Positions 8,883 to 17,716 are shown, counted from the stretch's first letter. The stretch is DNA of 27,446 bases from Candidatus Sulfobium sp. (GCA_037380845.1 JARRRI010000016.1:1-27446); one strand, 5' to 3'. Notes: a model not told the origin generated them from the sequence alone. A program made the numbers and translations.

Positions 8883-9185
8883 ATGTTAAAGAGCGCACTG
8901 AAACTTCTGTTGCTGTTTTGTATAACGGGGCTCCTTTTTTCGGCCTGTGACCGGAAGAAGGCGGAGGACTACAGCGGGACAGTCCTGAATATGCCCAAAA
9001 GGGCGCAGCATGCCGCCGACCAGGCCAACCTGGAGGCGCTGAACAGCAGTGTCCAGGCCTACCGGTCTGCTAACGGCAGGTATCCCGAAGACCTTAAGGA
9101 TGCCGCAGCCCTCATGGGCTCGTCCATCGACCTCGGAAAGTACGATTACGACCCGTCGACAGGCAGAGTGAGTTTGAGGAGATAG
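8883..9185 (+). CDS. Small lipoprotein, function unknown
   Basis: Hydrophobic signal with lipobox LFSA|C. The body ANLEALNSSVQAYRSANGRYPEDL resembles the pseudopilin/GspG-like helix-YP motif. Confidence 0.8.
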   Translation: MLKSALKLLLLFCITGLLFSACDRKKAEDYSGTVLNMPKRAQHAADQANLEALNSSVQAYRSANGRYPEDLKDAAALMGSSIDLGKYDYDPSTGRVSLRR

Positions 9186-9284
9186 TAAGAAGCGGAGAGC
9201 GCCGGGCATAGTTTTACGGCTATATATTGCGCACTAAACAATTGCGCATTAAGATTCGTCGTTGTACCGAAATTGCTTACAGGC

Positions 9285-9508
9285 CGTAATTCCCGAGGCA
9301 GTAGCCGGGAATCCATTCGCCTTGTGAGAACATGGATATCCCGCCCCTGGTCGCCTCCGGCACGCCAAAGGCGGCAGACTTCGCGGGGATGGCTAACAAG
9401 GCCATTTTCTTTTTCCATCGTGAGCGAGTGCTCATGTCGAGTCCCGCCCAGGCGGGAATCCGGAACAGGAAGAAACTGGATGCCCGACTGAGGACCCCGG
9501 GCATGACG
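9285..9508. repeat. Cluster of four palindromic REP-like arms (two inverted doublets)
   Basis: CGTAATTCCCG..CGGGAATCCA (9285-9315); TGGATATCCCGCCC..[insert]..CTTCGCGGGGATGGC (9333-9393); GTCGAGTCCCGCCCAGGCGGGAATCC (9436-9461); CTGGATGCCCG..CGGGCATGACG (9476-9508). Confidence 0.7.
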
Positions 9509-9673
9509 GAAAAGGAACTATGTGCAAACACTCATTGCGTTGTGCATAGAAACGAGAAGAATCAGGATATTCCAGGGGTCGAGGGAAAAAAGCCGAGCTA
9601 CAGGCCTATTTTTCCGGTCATTATTCACACTGTGCGTTGCGCCCCATGCGCTTTGCTTTAAGAGAGGATAGTC

Positions 9674-10249
9674 GTGAGGATATCCGCAGGGCTTTTGAAA
9701 GGAAGGAAGATCAGGGGCGGGAAATTATCTTCGAAGAAGAACAGGGAAGCGGGTTTCAGACCGACTTCATCGAAGGTCAGGGAGGCGATTTTTGATATCT
9801 TGAGAGACGACATCAGGGGCGCGTCGTTTCTGGACCTCTATGCGGGGAGCGGCACAGTGGGCTTCGAGGCGCTTTCGAGGGGTGCTGCAGAGTGCTGCTT
9901 TGTGGAACATGACCCCCGCCGCTTCAGGGAAATCATGTCTTCCGTCAAACGAATGGGTCTGGAAGACTCGGTGACATTGTTCAGGGAAGAGGCGTCTGAC
10001 TTTCTCAGGAGGGCACTTAAGTCGAAGATCACCTTCGGGATAATCTTCGCCGATCCTCCATATTCGTCGGGGGAGTTCGACAAGATATTCCCGTTGCTTG
10101 AAGGGGGGGAAGTCCTCCGGGAAGGCGGCTTACTGATGATAGAACATCCTTCAAAAAAAGTTTTCATGAACGCCGCCCCTTCGCTGAGATTCGTCAGGAA
10201 TTATAAATACGGAGACACAATGCTCACACTGTTCAGGAAGGAGCCATGA
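9674..10249 (+). CDS. rsmD: 16S rRNA m2G966 methyltransferase
   Basis: RPTSSKVREAIF, FLDLYAGSG.VGFEALSRGA, IFADPPY and YGDT motifs; GAGAGGA SD; canonical position before coaD. Confidence 0.95.
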   Translation: MRISAGLLKGRKIRGGKLSSKKNREAGFRPTSSKVREAIFDILRDDIRGASFLDLYAGSGTVGFEALSRGAAECCFVEHDPRRFREIMSSVKRMGLEDSVTLFREEASDFLRRALKSKITFGIIFADPPYSSGEFDKIFPLLEGGEVLREGGLLMIEHPSKKVFMNAAPSLRFVRNYKYGDTMLTLFRKEP

Positions 10250-10752
10250 AGAAAACTGTAGCCGTCTATCCCGGCACATTCGATCCCTTTACCAACGGTC
10301 ATCTTGACCTCATGGTAAGGAGCCTCAGGATCTTCGACAAGGTGATCGTGGCAATCGCCCCCAGCATGAAGAAGACCCCTCTCTTTACCGTTGAAGAACG
10401 CCTCGCCCTTACCAAAAAATGTACCAGGGACTATGAACGGGTACAGGTCGAGGTCTTCGACGGCCTCCTGGTTAAATACGTCGAGGCCAGGAAAGGCATT
10501 GCCATCATAAGAGGATTGCGGGCCGTCTCCGACTTCGAGTATGAACTGCAGATGGCCCTCATGAACAGGCGGCTCAGCCAGAAAATCGAGACCGTCTTCC
10601 TGATGCCCAACGAGGAATTTTCCTTTCTTACAGCCACGATAGTCAAAGAGATCGCCTCTTTGGGCGGCCCCGTCACAAAACTCGTACCCCCGCCCGTCGA
10701 AAGGGAACTGAAGAAGAAATTCAGGAAGACCGGTAAAGACCGCAGATCGTGA
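10246..10752 (+). CDS. coaD: Phosphopantetheine adenylyltransferase
   Basis: YPGTFDPFTNGHLD and IIRGLRAVSDFEYELQMALMNRRL; ATGA overlap with rsmD. Confidence 0.97.
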   Translation: MKKTVAVYPGTFDPFTNGHLDLMVRSLRIFDKVIVAIAPSMKKTPLFTVEERLALTKKCTRDYERVQVEVFDGLLVKYVEARKGIAIIRGLRAVSDFEYELQMALMNRRLSQKIETVFLMPNEEFSFLTATIVKEIASLGGPVTKLVPPPVERELKKKFRKTGKDRRS

Positions 10753-10787
10753 ATAATTGACTGGCTGCATCGTTGTGCCGTCCGGCC

Positions 10788-10833
10788 GGGAACCTGGGCA
10801 ATCCTCAGCTTACCAGGATTTCCCCCCTTTTTT
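10788..10833 (+). terminator. Possible intrinsic terminator after coaD
   Basis: Imperfect GGGAACCTGG/CCAGGATTTCCC stem followed by CCC and a T run. Confidence 0.3.
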
Positions 10834-10860
10834 GTCATTCCGGCGAAAGCCGGAATCCAG
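10834..10860 (+). repeat. REP-like hairpin, left arm of GIY-YIG cassette
   Basis: GTC ATTCCGGC GAAA GCCGGAAT CCAG: an 8-bp stem with a GAAA loop; exact reverse complement of 11161-11187. Confidence 0.95.
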
Positions 10861-11151
10861 TCAGGCGATCACCTGATAGAAATCCCGCCAATTCGGATTA
10901 GCACGCTCGATCAATTCGAGTTTCCACTTTCGCTTCCATTCTTTAATCTGCTTCTCCCGCTGAATGGCAGATTCCATGGTCTCATGCAATTCATACCAAA
11001 CCAGCTGGTGAACATCGTAGCGCTTTGTAAAGCCTTCTACCATATTATTTTTGTGCTCCCATATCCTCTTGATGAGATCTGAAGTCACACCAACGTAGAG
11101 AGTACCGTTTCTTTTGCTTGCCAGAATGTATACCGCAGGGTGTTTATTCAC
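10861..11151 (-). CDS. Small stand-alone GIY-YIG nuclease family protein (UPF0213-like)
   Basis: AVYILAS..GTLYVGVTSDL.KRIWEHK, GFTKRY, LVWYE, AIQREKQIKEWKRKWK.ELIE..NPNW; 96 aa; more AT-rich than its neighbours. Confidence 0.95.
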   Translation of the reverse strand: MNKHPAVYILASKRNGTLYVGVTSDLIKRIWEHKNNMVEGFTKRYDVHQLVWYELHETMESAIQREKQIKEWKRKWKLELIERANPNWRDFYQVIA

Positions 11152-11160
11152 TGTAGTTTC

Positions 11161-11187
11161 CTGGATTCCGGCTTTCGCCGGAATGAC
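11161..11187 (-). repeat. REP-like hairpin, right arm of GIY-YIG cassette
   Basis: CTGGATTCCGGCTTTCGCCGGAATGAC; perfect 27/27 inverted repeat of 10834-10860. Confidence 0.95.
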
Positions 11188-11224
11188 GCCGATTAATTAG
11201 AGTCTGGTATAAATTGCCTTTGGT

Positions 11225-11285
11225 CGTCATGTCCCGAAAGCTTTCGGGACATCCAGAAGGATTGAAAAACCTGGAATCTCGCCTT
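11225..11285. repeat. Variant REP doublet with truncated right arm
   Basis: CGTC ATGTCCCGAAAGCTTTCGGGACAT CCAG (perfect 24-bp palindrome 11229-11252), a spacer ending TGAAAAAC, then CTGGAATCTCGCC. Confidence 0.75.
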
Positions 11286-11298
11286 GACCTTCTTACTT

Positions 11299-13539
11299 CT
11301 ACTCTTTACCTATCGCTTTCTTTATCCCCAGCCTTACCGGTTCGGGTTTACTGTATCGGCTCAGGACGTCGTGCCATGGTTCCCCGTCCGCCAGTATACC
11401 GACGCATCTTTCGTCCTGTGCAAATGCCTGGCATTCAGTGCCGCACATGTAATGGTCGGTTCCCCTGCCGTCCAGCAGAATTCCAGCCCCGCCGCGAGTG
11501 GCAGCTCCCTGGGAAAGTATTCCCCCCAGATATCTGTCATCCCCCTGCCCGTCTTCGAGGAATCCTACCCCGTAATCGTGCCCCATCCCCTGTGAAACCC
11601 CGAAGGAAGAGTAATAGAAATCGCTGCCTTCCCGGTCTGTAAGAATGCCGACGGAGGAATGTATCCCCGCGCCCTGCGCATAACGTCCCGCAGCATAGCG
11701 GTCGTCCCCCGAGAGGTCGTCGAGAATACCCGCCCCGTAATAATAGGACGCCCCCTGTGCGAAGTAATCGGCGTTATATATGTCGTCGCCTTCCCCATCG
11801 ATAAGCATTCCAATTCCGCCGGAAACGCCGTATCTGTCATCCTCCGGCCTTATCCCCCATCCGAATCCCTGGCCCATGCTGACCGACGACTTCGCCGGGT
11901 CGCGGAAGTCCGGCTGGAGACCTCCCAGTTCATAATAATCGTCCCCCTTCTCATCGATCAACACGCCCAATCCCCGGAAGAGGCCAAGGCCCTGACCTTC
12001 TCCGGAGCAGAGATAGCGCGTCTCTCCGTCACCGTTCAGAACCAGGCCCGTTCCCATTTCCCCCACACCCTGTGAAAAGGTCCTCGCCCTGAAAAGCCCC
12101 TTCCCTCTGCCGTGATATAAAATGCCGACCCCGAAAAAGCCGCTCCCCTGGCTGCCGTCCAGGGACTCAAAGACATCGTCTCCCCCCAGGTCGAACAAAA
12201 ATCCACCGCCGAGAAGGCCCGCCCCTTGTGAGAAGTTTTCCTTCGTCTGGTAGAAATCATTGCCGCCCCAGTCAATGACAGCCGCCACCGGAATCCCCGG
12301 ACGCGTTCCCCCGGCATTGTTCAGATAAACGTCATCACCCCCCAGGTCCAGGACCAGTGCTGCATCTTTCCGATAGACATTGGGGCCGGTGCCGCCCACG
12401 ACCACCTTCCCCAGCGGGGTGTCGGCCTCATATAATATCGCACGGCCGTTGCCGCCGAAGCGCCTCACCAGGTCAGCTCTCAGAAGAGAGAGGCCATGCC
12501 GGGAAAAAAACGGCAGAAGAGGGCTGAAGGAGTCAACGAGGCCCGTGAAGTCTATCTCCAGCGAGGCCCTGACAATATCGCGCCATCGGCTGTCGTCCCA
12601 GGGGTTCAGTGCCTTTTGCCGAAGCAGTTTTCTCTCTCCCGGCGTGAGGCGGTCAAAACATTTGCGGAGCCTCGCTTTCGCCGCTTCCATCGCCTTGATC
12701 AACCCCGGAAAGGTAATGCCCCCCTTCTTCGGCGCGGCCGGTCCGACCTCTTCGACATCCAGGAGACGGGCCATCCTCAGCATGACGGACCCTACCCGAA
12801 AGTCTTCGCCATGCGCCGCAGCTATCAACCCGTCGGTCAGTTTCCGGGCCTCCTCCGCGTCTTCGAGCGGGTGGCGGATAAGATAAGTGAACTCCTTCAG
12901 CTGAAAAGGGTTGTACCGCCCTTTGTAGAACCAGGCGGCGTTGTGGACCCTGTCGGATGTCTCGCGAAGCCCCGCCCGTATTTCGTTGAAGGAAGGAAGT
13001 GCTTCCTGTCTCCGGAGCGCCCTGCAGAGCGCAGACGGCGGGCCGGCAAGGCATCCTGACTTGTGATGAGCTGCCTCGGGCTGCTCATGGCGCGGGGCTT
13101 CCGTCAGCCTTGCCGATGCGGTAAGCTTCTCGTCACCCCGCAGTATTTCCAGGGACGCCACAGACCCGATCCTTTCCCCGGCGATCATGTCCCTGAATGC
13201 GTCGGCCACTTCGCCTTTGGCCCTGCAAAGCGAAGTCCCGTTGAGGGACAGTATGATGTCCCCTTTCTTCAGTCCCGCCTCTGCCGCCGGCGTACCGGCC
13301 ATCACACCCGCGACCTCGACAAAGGCAGAGTCCTTATTGCATGAGGAAACCCTGCGCCCGACATTCTTCGGGCTGAAGGTGACGCCCAGAAAAGGTCTAG
13401 GTTTTGAGACCCCGGCACTTGCCGGAGGTACCTGAAGAAAGCGGCAGTAAGACGAGGAGGCCTCCCTGGTCCCAAAACGGGAAGCGGCGCAGGAAGACGC
13501 CACCGCCGCGCAAAGAAGCGCTGCGGGTATCCAGGGCAC
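11299..13539 (-). CDS. Exported (probable lipo)protein with PDZ domain and C-terminal Gly/Asp-rich repeats
   Basis: Signal ending AVASSC; PDZ segment PFLGVTF..VMAGTPAAEAGLKKGDIILSLNG; about 11 repeats of (L/I)xDxxGDDxY..SQG. Start codon uncertain. Confidence 0.8.
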   Translation of the reverse strand: MPWIPAALLCAAVASSCAASRFGTREASSSYCRFLQVPPASAGVSKPRPFLGVTFSPKNVGRRVSSCNKDSAFVEVAGVMAGTPAAEAGLKKGDIILSLNGTSLCRAKGEVADAFRDMIAGERIGSVASLEILRGDEKLTASARLTEAPRHEQPEAAHHKSGCLAGPPSALCRALRRQEALPSFNEIRAGLRETSDRVHNAAWFYKGRYNPFQLKEFTYLIRHPLEDAEEARKLTDGLIAAAHGEDFRVGSVMLRMARLLDVEEVGPAAPKKGGITFPGLIKAMEAAKARLRKCFDRLTPGERKLLRQKALNPWDDSRWRDIVRASLEIDFTGLVDSFSPLLPFFSRHGLSLLRADLVRRFGGNGRAILYEADTPLGKVVVGGTGPNVYRKDAALVLDLGGDDVYLNNAGGTRPGIPVAAVIDWGGNDFYQTKENFSQGAGLLGGGFLFDLGGDDVFESLDGSQGSGFFGVGILYHGRGKGLFRARTFSQGVGEMGTGLVLNGDGETRYLCSGEGQGLGLFRGLGVLIDEKGDDYYELGGLQPDFRDPAKSSVSMGQGFGWGIRPEDDRYGVSGGIGMLIDGEGDDIYNADYFAQGASYYYGAGILDDLSGDDRYAAGRYAQGAGIHSSVGILTDREGSDFYYSSFGVSQGMGHDYGVGFLEDGQGDDRYLGGILSQGAATRGGAGILLDGRGTDHYMCGTECQAFAQDERCVGILADGEPWHDVLSRYSKPEPVRLGIKKAIGKE

Positions 13540-13568
13540 GCGGAAGAGGGCCTTTCCTCCCCCGGCCT

Positions 13569-14462
13569 TTATTCTGTCTTCCTCCCGGTACCTCCTTCAT
13601 GAGGTCCCCCCGCAAAGCGAAAATCCATTAACGAATACACACCTGTGAGCACTATTGCAACCAGAATCCCCTGAGCCGGGGTGAGGATATGAAAGGATTT
13701 CCCGACATCGGGCCTGAGCCAGAACCGGAACGGCGGAAGCTTTCTGCTCAAGACAACTGGGGCGCTCGCGGCGCTCGCCTCAGGGTATAGTTCAACAATC
13801 CCCGACAAATGCAGAGCGAGCCCTGCCATTATGACAGAGATGGTTGTCAGGGCCCAGGGAGAGACCAGGCGTCTCTTCAGAGAACGCGCCCGCAGAGTGA
13901 GCGGCGCAGATTCGATGTCCGCCAGGGTATAGATCATCAGCACCCCTGTTCCCGCGCCCACCAGGTTAAGAATTATATCGTTGAAATCCAGATAAACCGT
14001 CCTGTTGCCTGCGTAAAGGACGAAATACTGGTACGCCTCGTCAAGTGCCCCCATCAGGGTGACCCATCCCACGGTCTCCCCAAAACTCATTGTCAGCGCA
14101 AAGACCGGTATCGCAAGCAGGGCGTACTGCACAAAGTGAATGGTTTCGACGGAAAAGACGATCAGGGCCTCGTATGACCCCACGATAAGCCCCGCGGTAA
14201 AAAGCCACCAGACGATCCCCATGGTCCGCCGTCTCTTGTCTTTCCGGATATGATGCAGCAGAACAAGCGACAGGAGGAGCAGCAGGACCGCTCCCAGGTC
14301 CCGCATCATCGAATCGTATACCCCGAAAGTAAGCTGCTCTTTCAGCCAGTCGAAAAAACCCGAGACCTTCAGGTGCCCCAGACTGATCGCCGTCAGATAA
14401 GCAATCGATATAAGGAAGGAAATTTTCTTCCTCTTCGAAAGCCATGATATCAAACGGTTCAT
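13569..14462 (-). CDS. VanZ-like multi-pass membrane protein
   Basis: ETIHFVQYALLA, GALDEAYQYF and DFNDIILNLVGA VanZ-type motifs; TGATG coupling to the upstream gene. Confidence 0.78.
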   Translation of the reverse strand: MNRLISWLSKRKKISFLISIAYLTAISLGHLKVSGFFDWLKEQLTFGVYDSMMRDLGAVLLLLLSLVLLHHIRKDKRRRTMGIVWWLFTAGLIVGSYEALIVFSVETIHFVQYALLAIPVFALTMSFGETVGWVTLMGALDEAYQYFVLYAGNRTVYLDFNDIILNLVGAGTGVLMIYTLADIESAPLTLRARSLKRRLVSPWALTTISVIMAGLALHLSGIVELYPEASAASAPVVLSRKLPPFRFWLRPDVGKSFHILTPAQGILVAIVLTGVYSLMDFRFAGGPHEGGTGRKTE

Positions 14463-14833
14463 CAAACGCCGGCCGAGGAGCCCTTCTTTCCTTCCAGTGT
14501 ATCGAGTCTCGCCTTGACAATACCCATCTCCTGGGCGAGCTTCTTGTTCCTTTCACTGAGCGAAGATATGATCGTCGAAAAGTGAAGGAGAAGCACGATG
14601 AGGAAGGTGATGGCGAGCAGAAACAGGAAAGAGGGGGGATAATAGATGCCCAGTTTGAGTGCAATATAATCCAGCAGCCGTCTCCACACGGAAAAGATTA
14701 TGAGCATCACGGAGGTTGCCAGCCATATCAGGCTGTAACGCTCCTTCAGGTGGTTTCTCCTGACAAGCTCGATGACTACGACAAAAATAAATATACTTGC
14801 GCTTATCGATATTAATTGTATGAGCCCGAGCAT
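14462..14833 (-). CDS. DUF2304 family membrane protein
   Basis: ELVRRNHLKERYSLIW, LGIYYPPSFLF and KKLAQEMGI; follows a DPM1-like GT2, the usual pairing. Confidence 0.9.
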   Translation of the reverse strand: MLGLIQLISISASIFIFVVVIELVRRNHLKERYSLIWLATSVMLIIFSVWRRLLDYIALKLGIYYPPSFLFLLAITFLIVLLLHFSTIISSLSERNKKLAQEMGIVKARLDTLEGKKGSSAGV

Positions 14834-14935
14834 CGCTTTACCCCACTTTCTTTAAATAGCACTCAGCCATAAGCTGTACGCTGTCAGCAAAGACAAACAA
14901 CACGACGACAAATCCGTTGTCAGCTTTTTCTTTAC

Positions 14936-15631
14936 TCATTCAATTCTTTTGATCAGATCCACAAAGATCGCAAGGAGCACCTTCACCATATAATATGCCG
15001 CCCTGCCGAAGGTTATGGACGACTTGCCGGCCGCCCTGGGTTGTATCTCGGCGGGGACTTCCTCGATCTTCAGGCCCTTCTTGTGGGCCAGCACCAGTGC
15101 TTCAACCTCGGGATAGTCTTCCGGGTAAACAGAGGAAAAGAAATCCAGAGCCCTCCTGCTGTATACCCTGAACCCGGACGTAGTGTCGGTGATCCACTTT
15201 CCGACGATGGTCGATACCACCAGAGAAAGGATCTTTGAGCCGATCCTCCTCTGCATGGAAGAAGTAAAACCGCCTTCCGACAGGAACCTGGAACCCACCA
15301 CGAGGTCGGCCCCGCTTTTCTGGTACGGCTCAAATATCTTCGGGATCTCGTCGGCCATATGCTGGCCGTCGCCGTCGAACTGGATAGCTACATCGTAGCC
15401 CTTATTCACAGCATAAAGGAACCCCGTCTGTATAGCGCCGCCTATCCCTACGTTGTAAGGAAGATCGACGACGGCCGGGGCCTGCTGCCTGGCCATATGG
15501 GAGGTGTTGTCGGTCGAACCGTCGTTTATGACAAGGATGTCGCCTTGCGGGAAATTCAGGCGCAGGGACTCGATCACACCTACTATGCTGCCCTCTTCGT
15601 TATAGGCCGGCACAATGACAAGGATCTTCAC
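14936..15631 (-). CDS. GT2 glycosyltransferase, DPM1-like (polyprenol-phosphate glycosyltransferase type)
   Basis: VPAYNEE, INDGSTDNT, QFDGDGQH, VGSRF, DTTSGFR and R.AGKSS motifs. Confidence 0.92.
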   Translation of the reverse strand: MKILVIVPAYNEEGSIVGVIESLRLNFPQGDILVINDGSTDNTSHMARQQAPAVVDLPYNVGIGGAIQTGFLYAVNKGYDVAIQFDGDGQHMADEIPKIFEPYQKSGADLVVGSRFLSEGGFTSSMQRRIGSKILSLVVSTIVGKWITDTTSGFRVYSRRALDFFSSVYPEDYPEVEALVLAHKKGLKIEEVPAEIQPRAAGKSSITFGRAAYYMVKVLLAIFVDLIKRIE

Positions 15632-16654
15632 TCACTCCCTCAGCATAAGTTCTTGCGCGGTTATTCTGTGACGTCGAAGGATCTTCCTGTAATCCTTCGC
15701 GGCTATACGTCTGTGCCGCCATATATTTCTCCTCTTCCTAAGCATCCGGGGGATTCCCCCGAGAGCGTCCCGGAAAGCCCTGGAGGCAACATTCAGCAGA
15801 CGGCCCCTTCCGGAATTCTCCGCAAGCCGTGCAACGCTCCCCCTCCCGGAAAGAATACTGTAGACCTGAATAATATATCTCCACGAGGTATAAAAAGGGA
15901 ACAGGAAGACGTAACAGAGCGGAAGATCTTTCAGCAGGACCCAGAAGCGGTTCCTCTCGACGTGGTAGGCCTTGAAGTCGGAATACTTGCCCCCGGTCTG
16001 CGAATAGAGGTGCCTTACCACGGCCCCGGGCGCCATCACCGCCCTCCATCCGGCGAGCCTCCCCCTCAGGCCGAGGTCGGCATCCTCGCAGTAGGAAAAG
16101 AAATCCTCGTCAAAAAAACCCGTTTCCTCCAGCATCTCGCGCCGGTAAAGTGCGGCACAGGCGCTTGGAAAGAGCACCTCCTCCGTCTTATCGAACTGCC
16201 CCCTGTCGGTCTGCCCCCTCCCCCTCTGCCTGGTCATCCCGTCGGGATATACGAGCATTCCCGCCGAATCCAGCTCGCTTCCTTCCCGGCCGAGAAGGAT
16301 CTTCGACGCCACCATGCCGGTCCGGGCATCCGCTTCGGCCGTCTGAACAAGCCCTTCAAGCCAGCGGCTCTCCGCGATGGTGTCGTTGTTCAGCGTCGCT
16401 ATGTATTTTCCCGAAGAGGCGCCGATGCCGACGTTGTTACCCCTGGCAAAGCCGGTGTTTTCACGGAGAGAGATCACATTCACCCATCCAAATTCCTTAT
16501 TGATAAGGTCCAGCGAGCCGTCCCTGGAACCGTTGTCAACGACGATCACCTCGAAATCCCTGAAGGTCTGCGAGGAAAGCGAGTCCAGGCAGTCCCGGAG
16601 ATATTTCTCGCCGTTCAGGTTAACTATAACAACCGATATGGTCGGACGGGGCAT
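15632..16654 (-). CDS. GT2 glycosyltransferase (WbbL/rhamnosyltransferase-like subgroup)
   Basis: VVIVNLNG, VVDNGSRDGS, NTGFARGNN, LNNDT and GFFDEDFFSYCEDADLGLR motifs. Confidence 0.9.
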   Translation of the reverse strand: MPRPTISVVIVNLNGEKYLRDCLDSLSSQTFRDFEVIVVDNGSRDGSLDLINKEFGWVNVISLRENTGFARGNNVGIGASSGKYIATLNNDTIAESRWLEGLVQTAEADARTGMVASKILLGREGSELDSAGMLVYPDGMTRQRGRGQTDRGQFDKTEEVLFPSACAALYRREMLEETGFFDEDFFSYCEDADLGLRGRLAGWRAVMAPGAVVRHLYSQTGGKYSDFKAYHVERNRFWVLLKDLPLCYVFLFPFYTSWRYIIQVYSILSGRGSVARLAENSGRGRLLNVASRAFRDALGGIPRMLRKRRNIWRHRRIAAKDYRKILRRHRITAQELMLRE

Positions 16655-16830
16655 AGATTACAGGGAAACAAGAGGCTGAGCCAAGGTCGAGGTGGAGAGG
16701 ACAAATCACACAGCTAAAGTATAACTTGAAGATATAAAGGATAAGCCGTCGTAAACACAGACTCTTTTAATCACCGAACAACGTAAAGGAGAAGGCACAT
16801 CTTTGGAGGCTGACAGCAGGTAACCGTCTT

Positions 16831-17703
16831 TTATTCCACCAGCCTCATGAGATAACCTCCATACCCGTTCTTTCGCAAAGGTTCGGCAAGCCTGCGCAGC
16901 TGCTCTTTATCGATATAGCCCAGGAGATAAGCGATCTCTTCGACACAGGCGATCTTCAAACCCTGTCTTTTCTCTATCGTGGCGATAAATTCGCCCGCCT
17001 CAAGGAGGCTCTCGTGGGTGCCGGTATCAAGCCACGCAGTACCCCTGCCCAGCAGTTCCACCCTCAGCCTGCCCTCCTGGAGATAGGTCTTGTTGACATC
17101 GGTTATTTCCAGTTCACCCCTCCGGGACGGCCTGACGTTCTTTGCAATTTCCACTACCCTGTTGTCATAAAAATACAGACCCGTCACCGCGTAATTCGAT
17201 TTCGGCTTCGCGGGCTTCTCCTCGATAGACAGCACCTTGCCTTCCCCGTCAAACTCCACCACACCATACCTTTCCGCATCGTTCACATAATAGCCGAAGA
17301 CCGTGCCCCCACCTTCTTCCTCAATCCCCTTCATCGTCTTCTTGAGAAGACCGGTCAGGCCGTGTCCGTAAAAGATATTGTCCCCAAGTATCAGGCATAC
17401 ATTGTCTCCCCCGATGAAATCCTCACCCAGGATAAAGGCCTGGGCCAGCCCTTCCGGACGGGGCTGCTCTTTATAAGTAAATTTCAACCCGAGTTTGGAA
17501 CCGTCGCCGAACATGTCCCTGAATTTCGGCAAGTCGTGCGGTGTGGAGATGATAAGTATTTCTCTGATGCCCGCCAGCATCAGAACGGACAGGGGATGAT
17601 ATATCATGGGTTTATCGTAAATCGGCAGCAACTGCTTGCATACAGAAATGGTGATGGGGTAAAGCCTGGTGCCGCTTCCCCCCGCGAGGATTATCCCTTT
17701 CAC
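16831..17703 (-). CDS. rfbA: Glucose-1-phosphate thymidylyltransferase, copy 1
   Basis: [41 protein letters not shown] and [10 protein letters not shown] motifs. Confidence 0.97.
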   Translation of the reverse strand: MKGIILAGGSGTRLYPITISVCKQLLPIYDKPMIYHPLSVLMLAGIREILIISTPHDLPKFRDMFGDGSKLGLKFTYKEQPRPEGLAQAFILGEDFIGGDNVCLILGDNIFYGHGLTGLLKKTMKGIEEEGGGTVFGYYVNDAERYGVVEFDGEGKVLSIEEKPAKPKSNYAVTGLYFYDNRVVEIAKNVRPSRRGELEITDVNKTYLQEGRLRVELLGRGTAWLDTGTHESLLEAGEFIATIEKRQGLKIACVEEIAYLLGYIDKEQLRRLAEPLRKNGYGGYLMRLVE

Positions 17704-17716
17704 GAAATGCCCTCCG

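Noticed and set aside
9146..9661. Several short ORFs between the lipoprotein gene and rsmD
   Set aside because: They overlap REP-like repeats, which generate spurious ORFs; no motifs or RBS support.
10834..11187. Classical IS element or intron-encoded homing endonuclease
   Set aside because: No DDE/HUH transposase, no target-site duplication and no interrupted host gene; the protein has only the catalytic GIY-YIG domain.
15359..16717. 452-aa plus-strand ORF
   Set aside because: Antisense shadow of the two GT2 genes.
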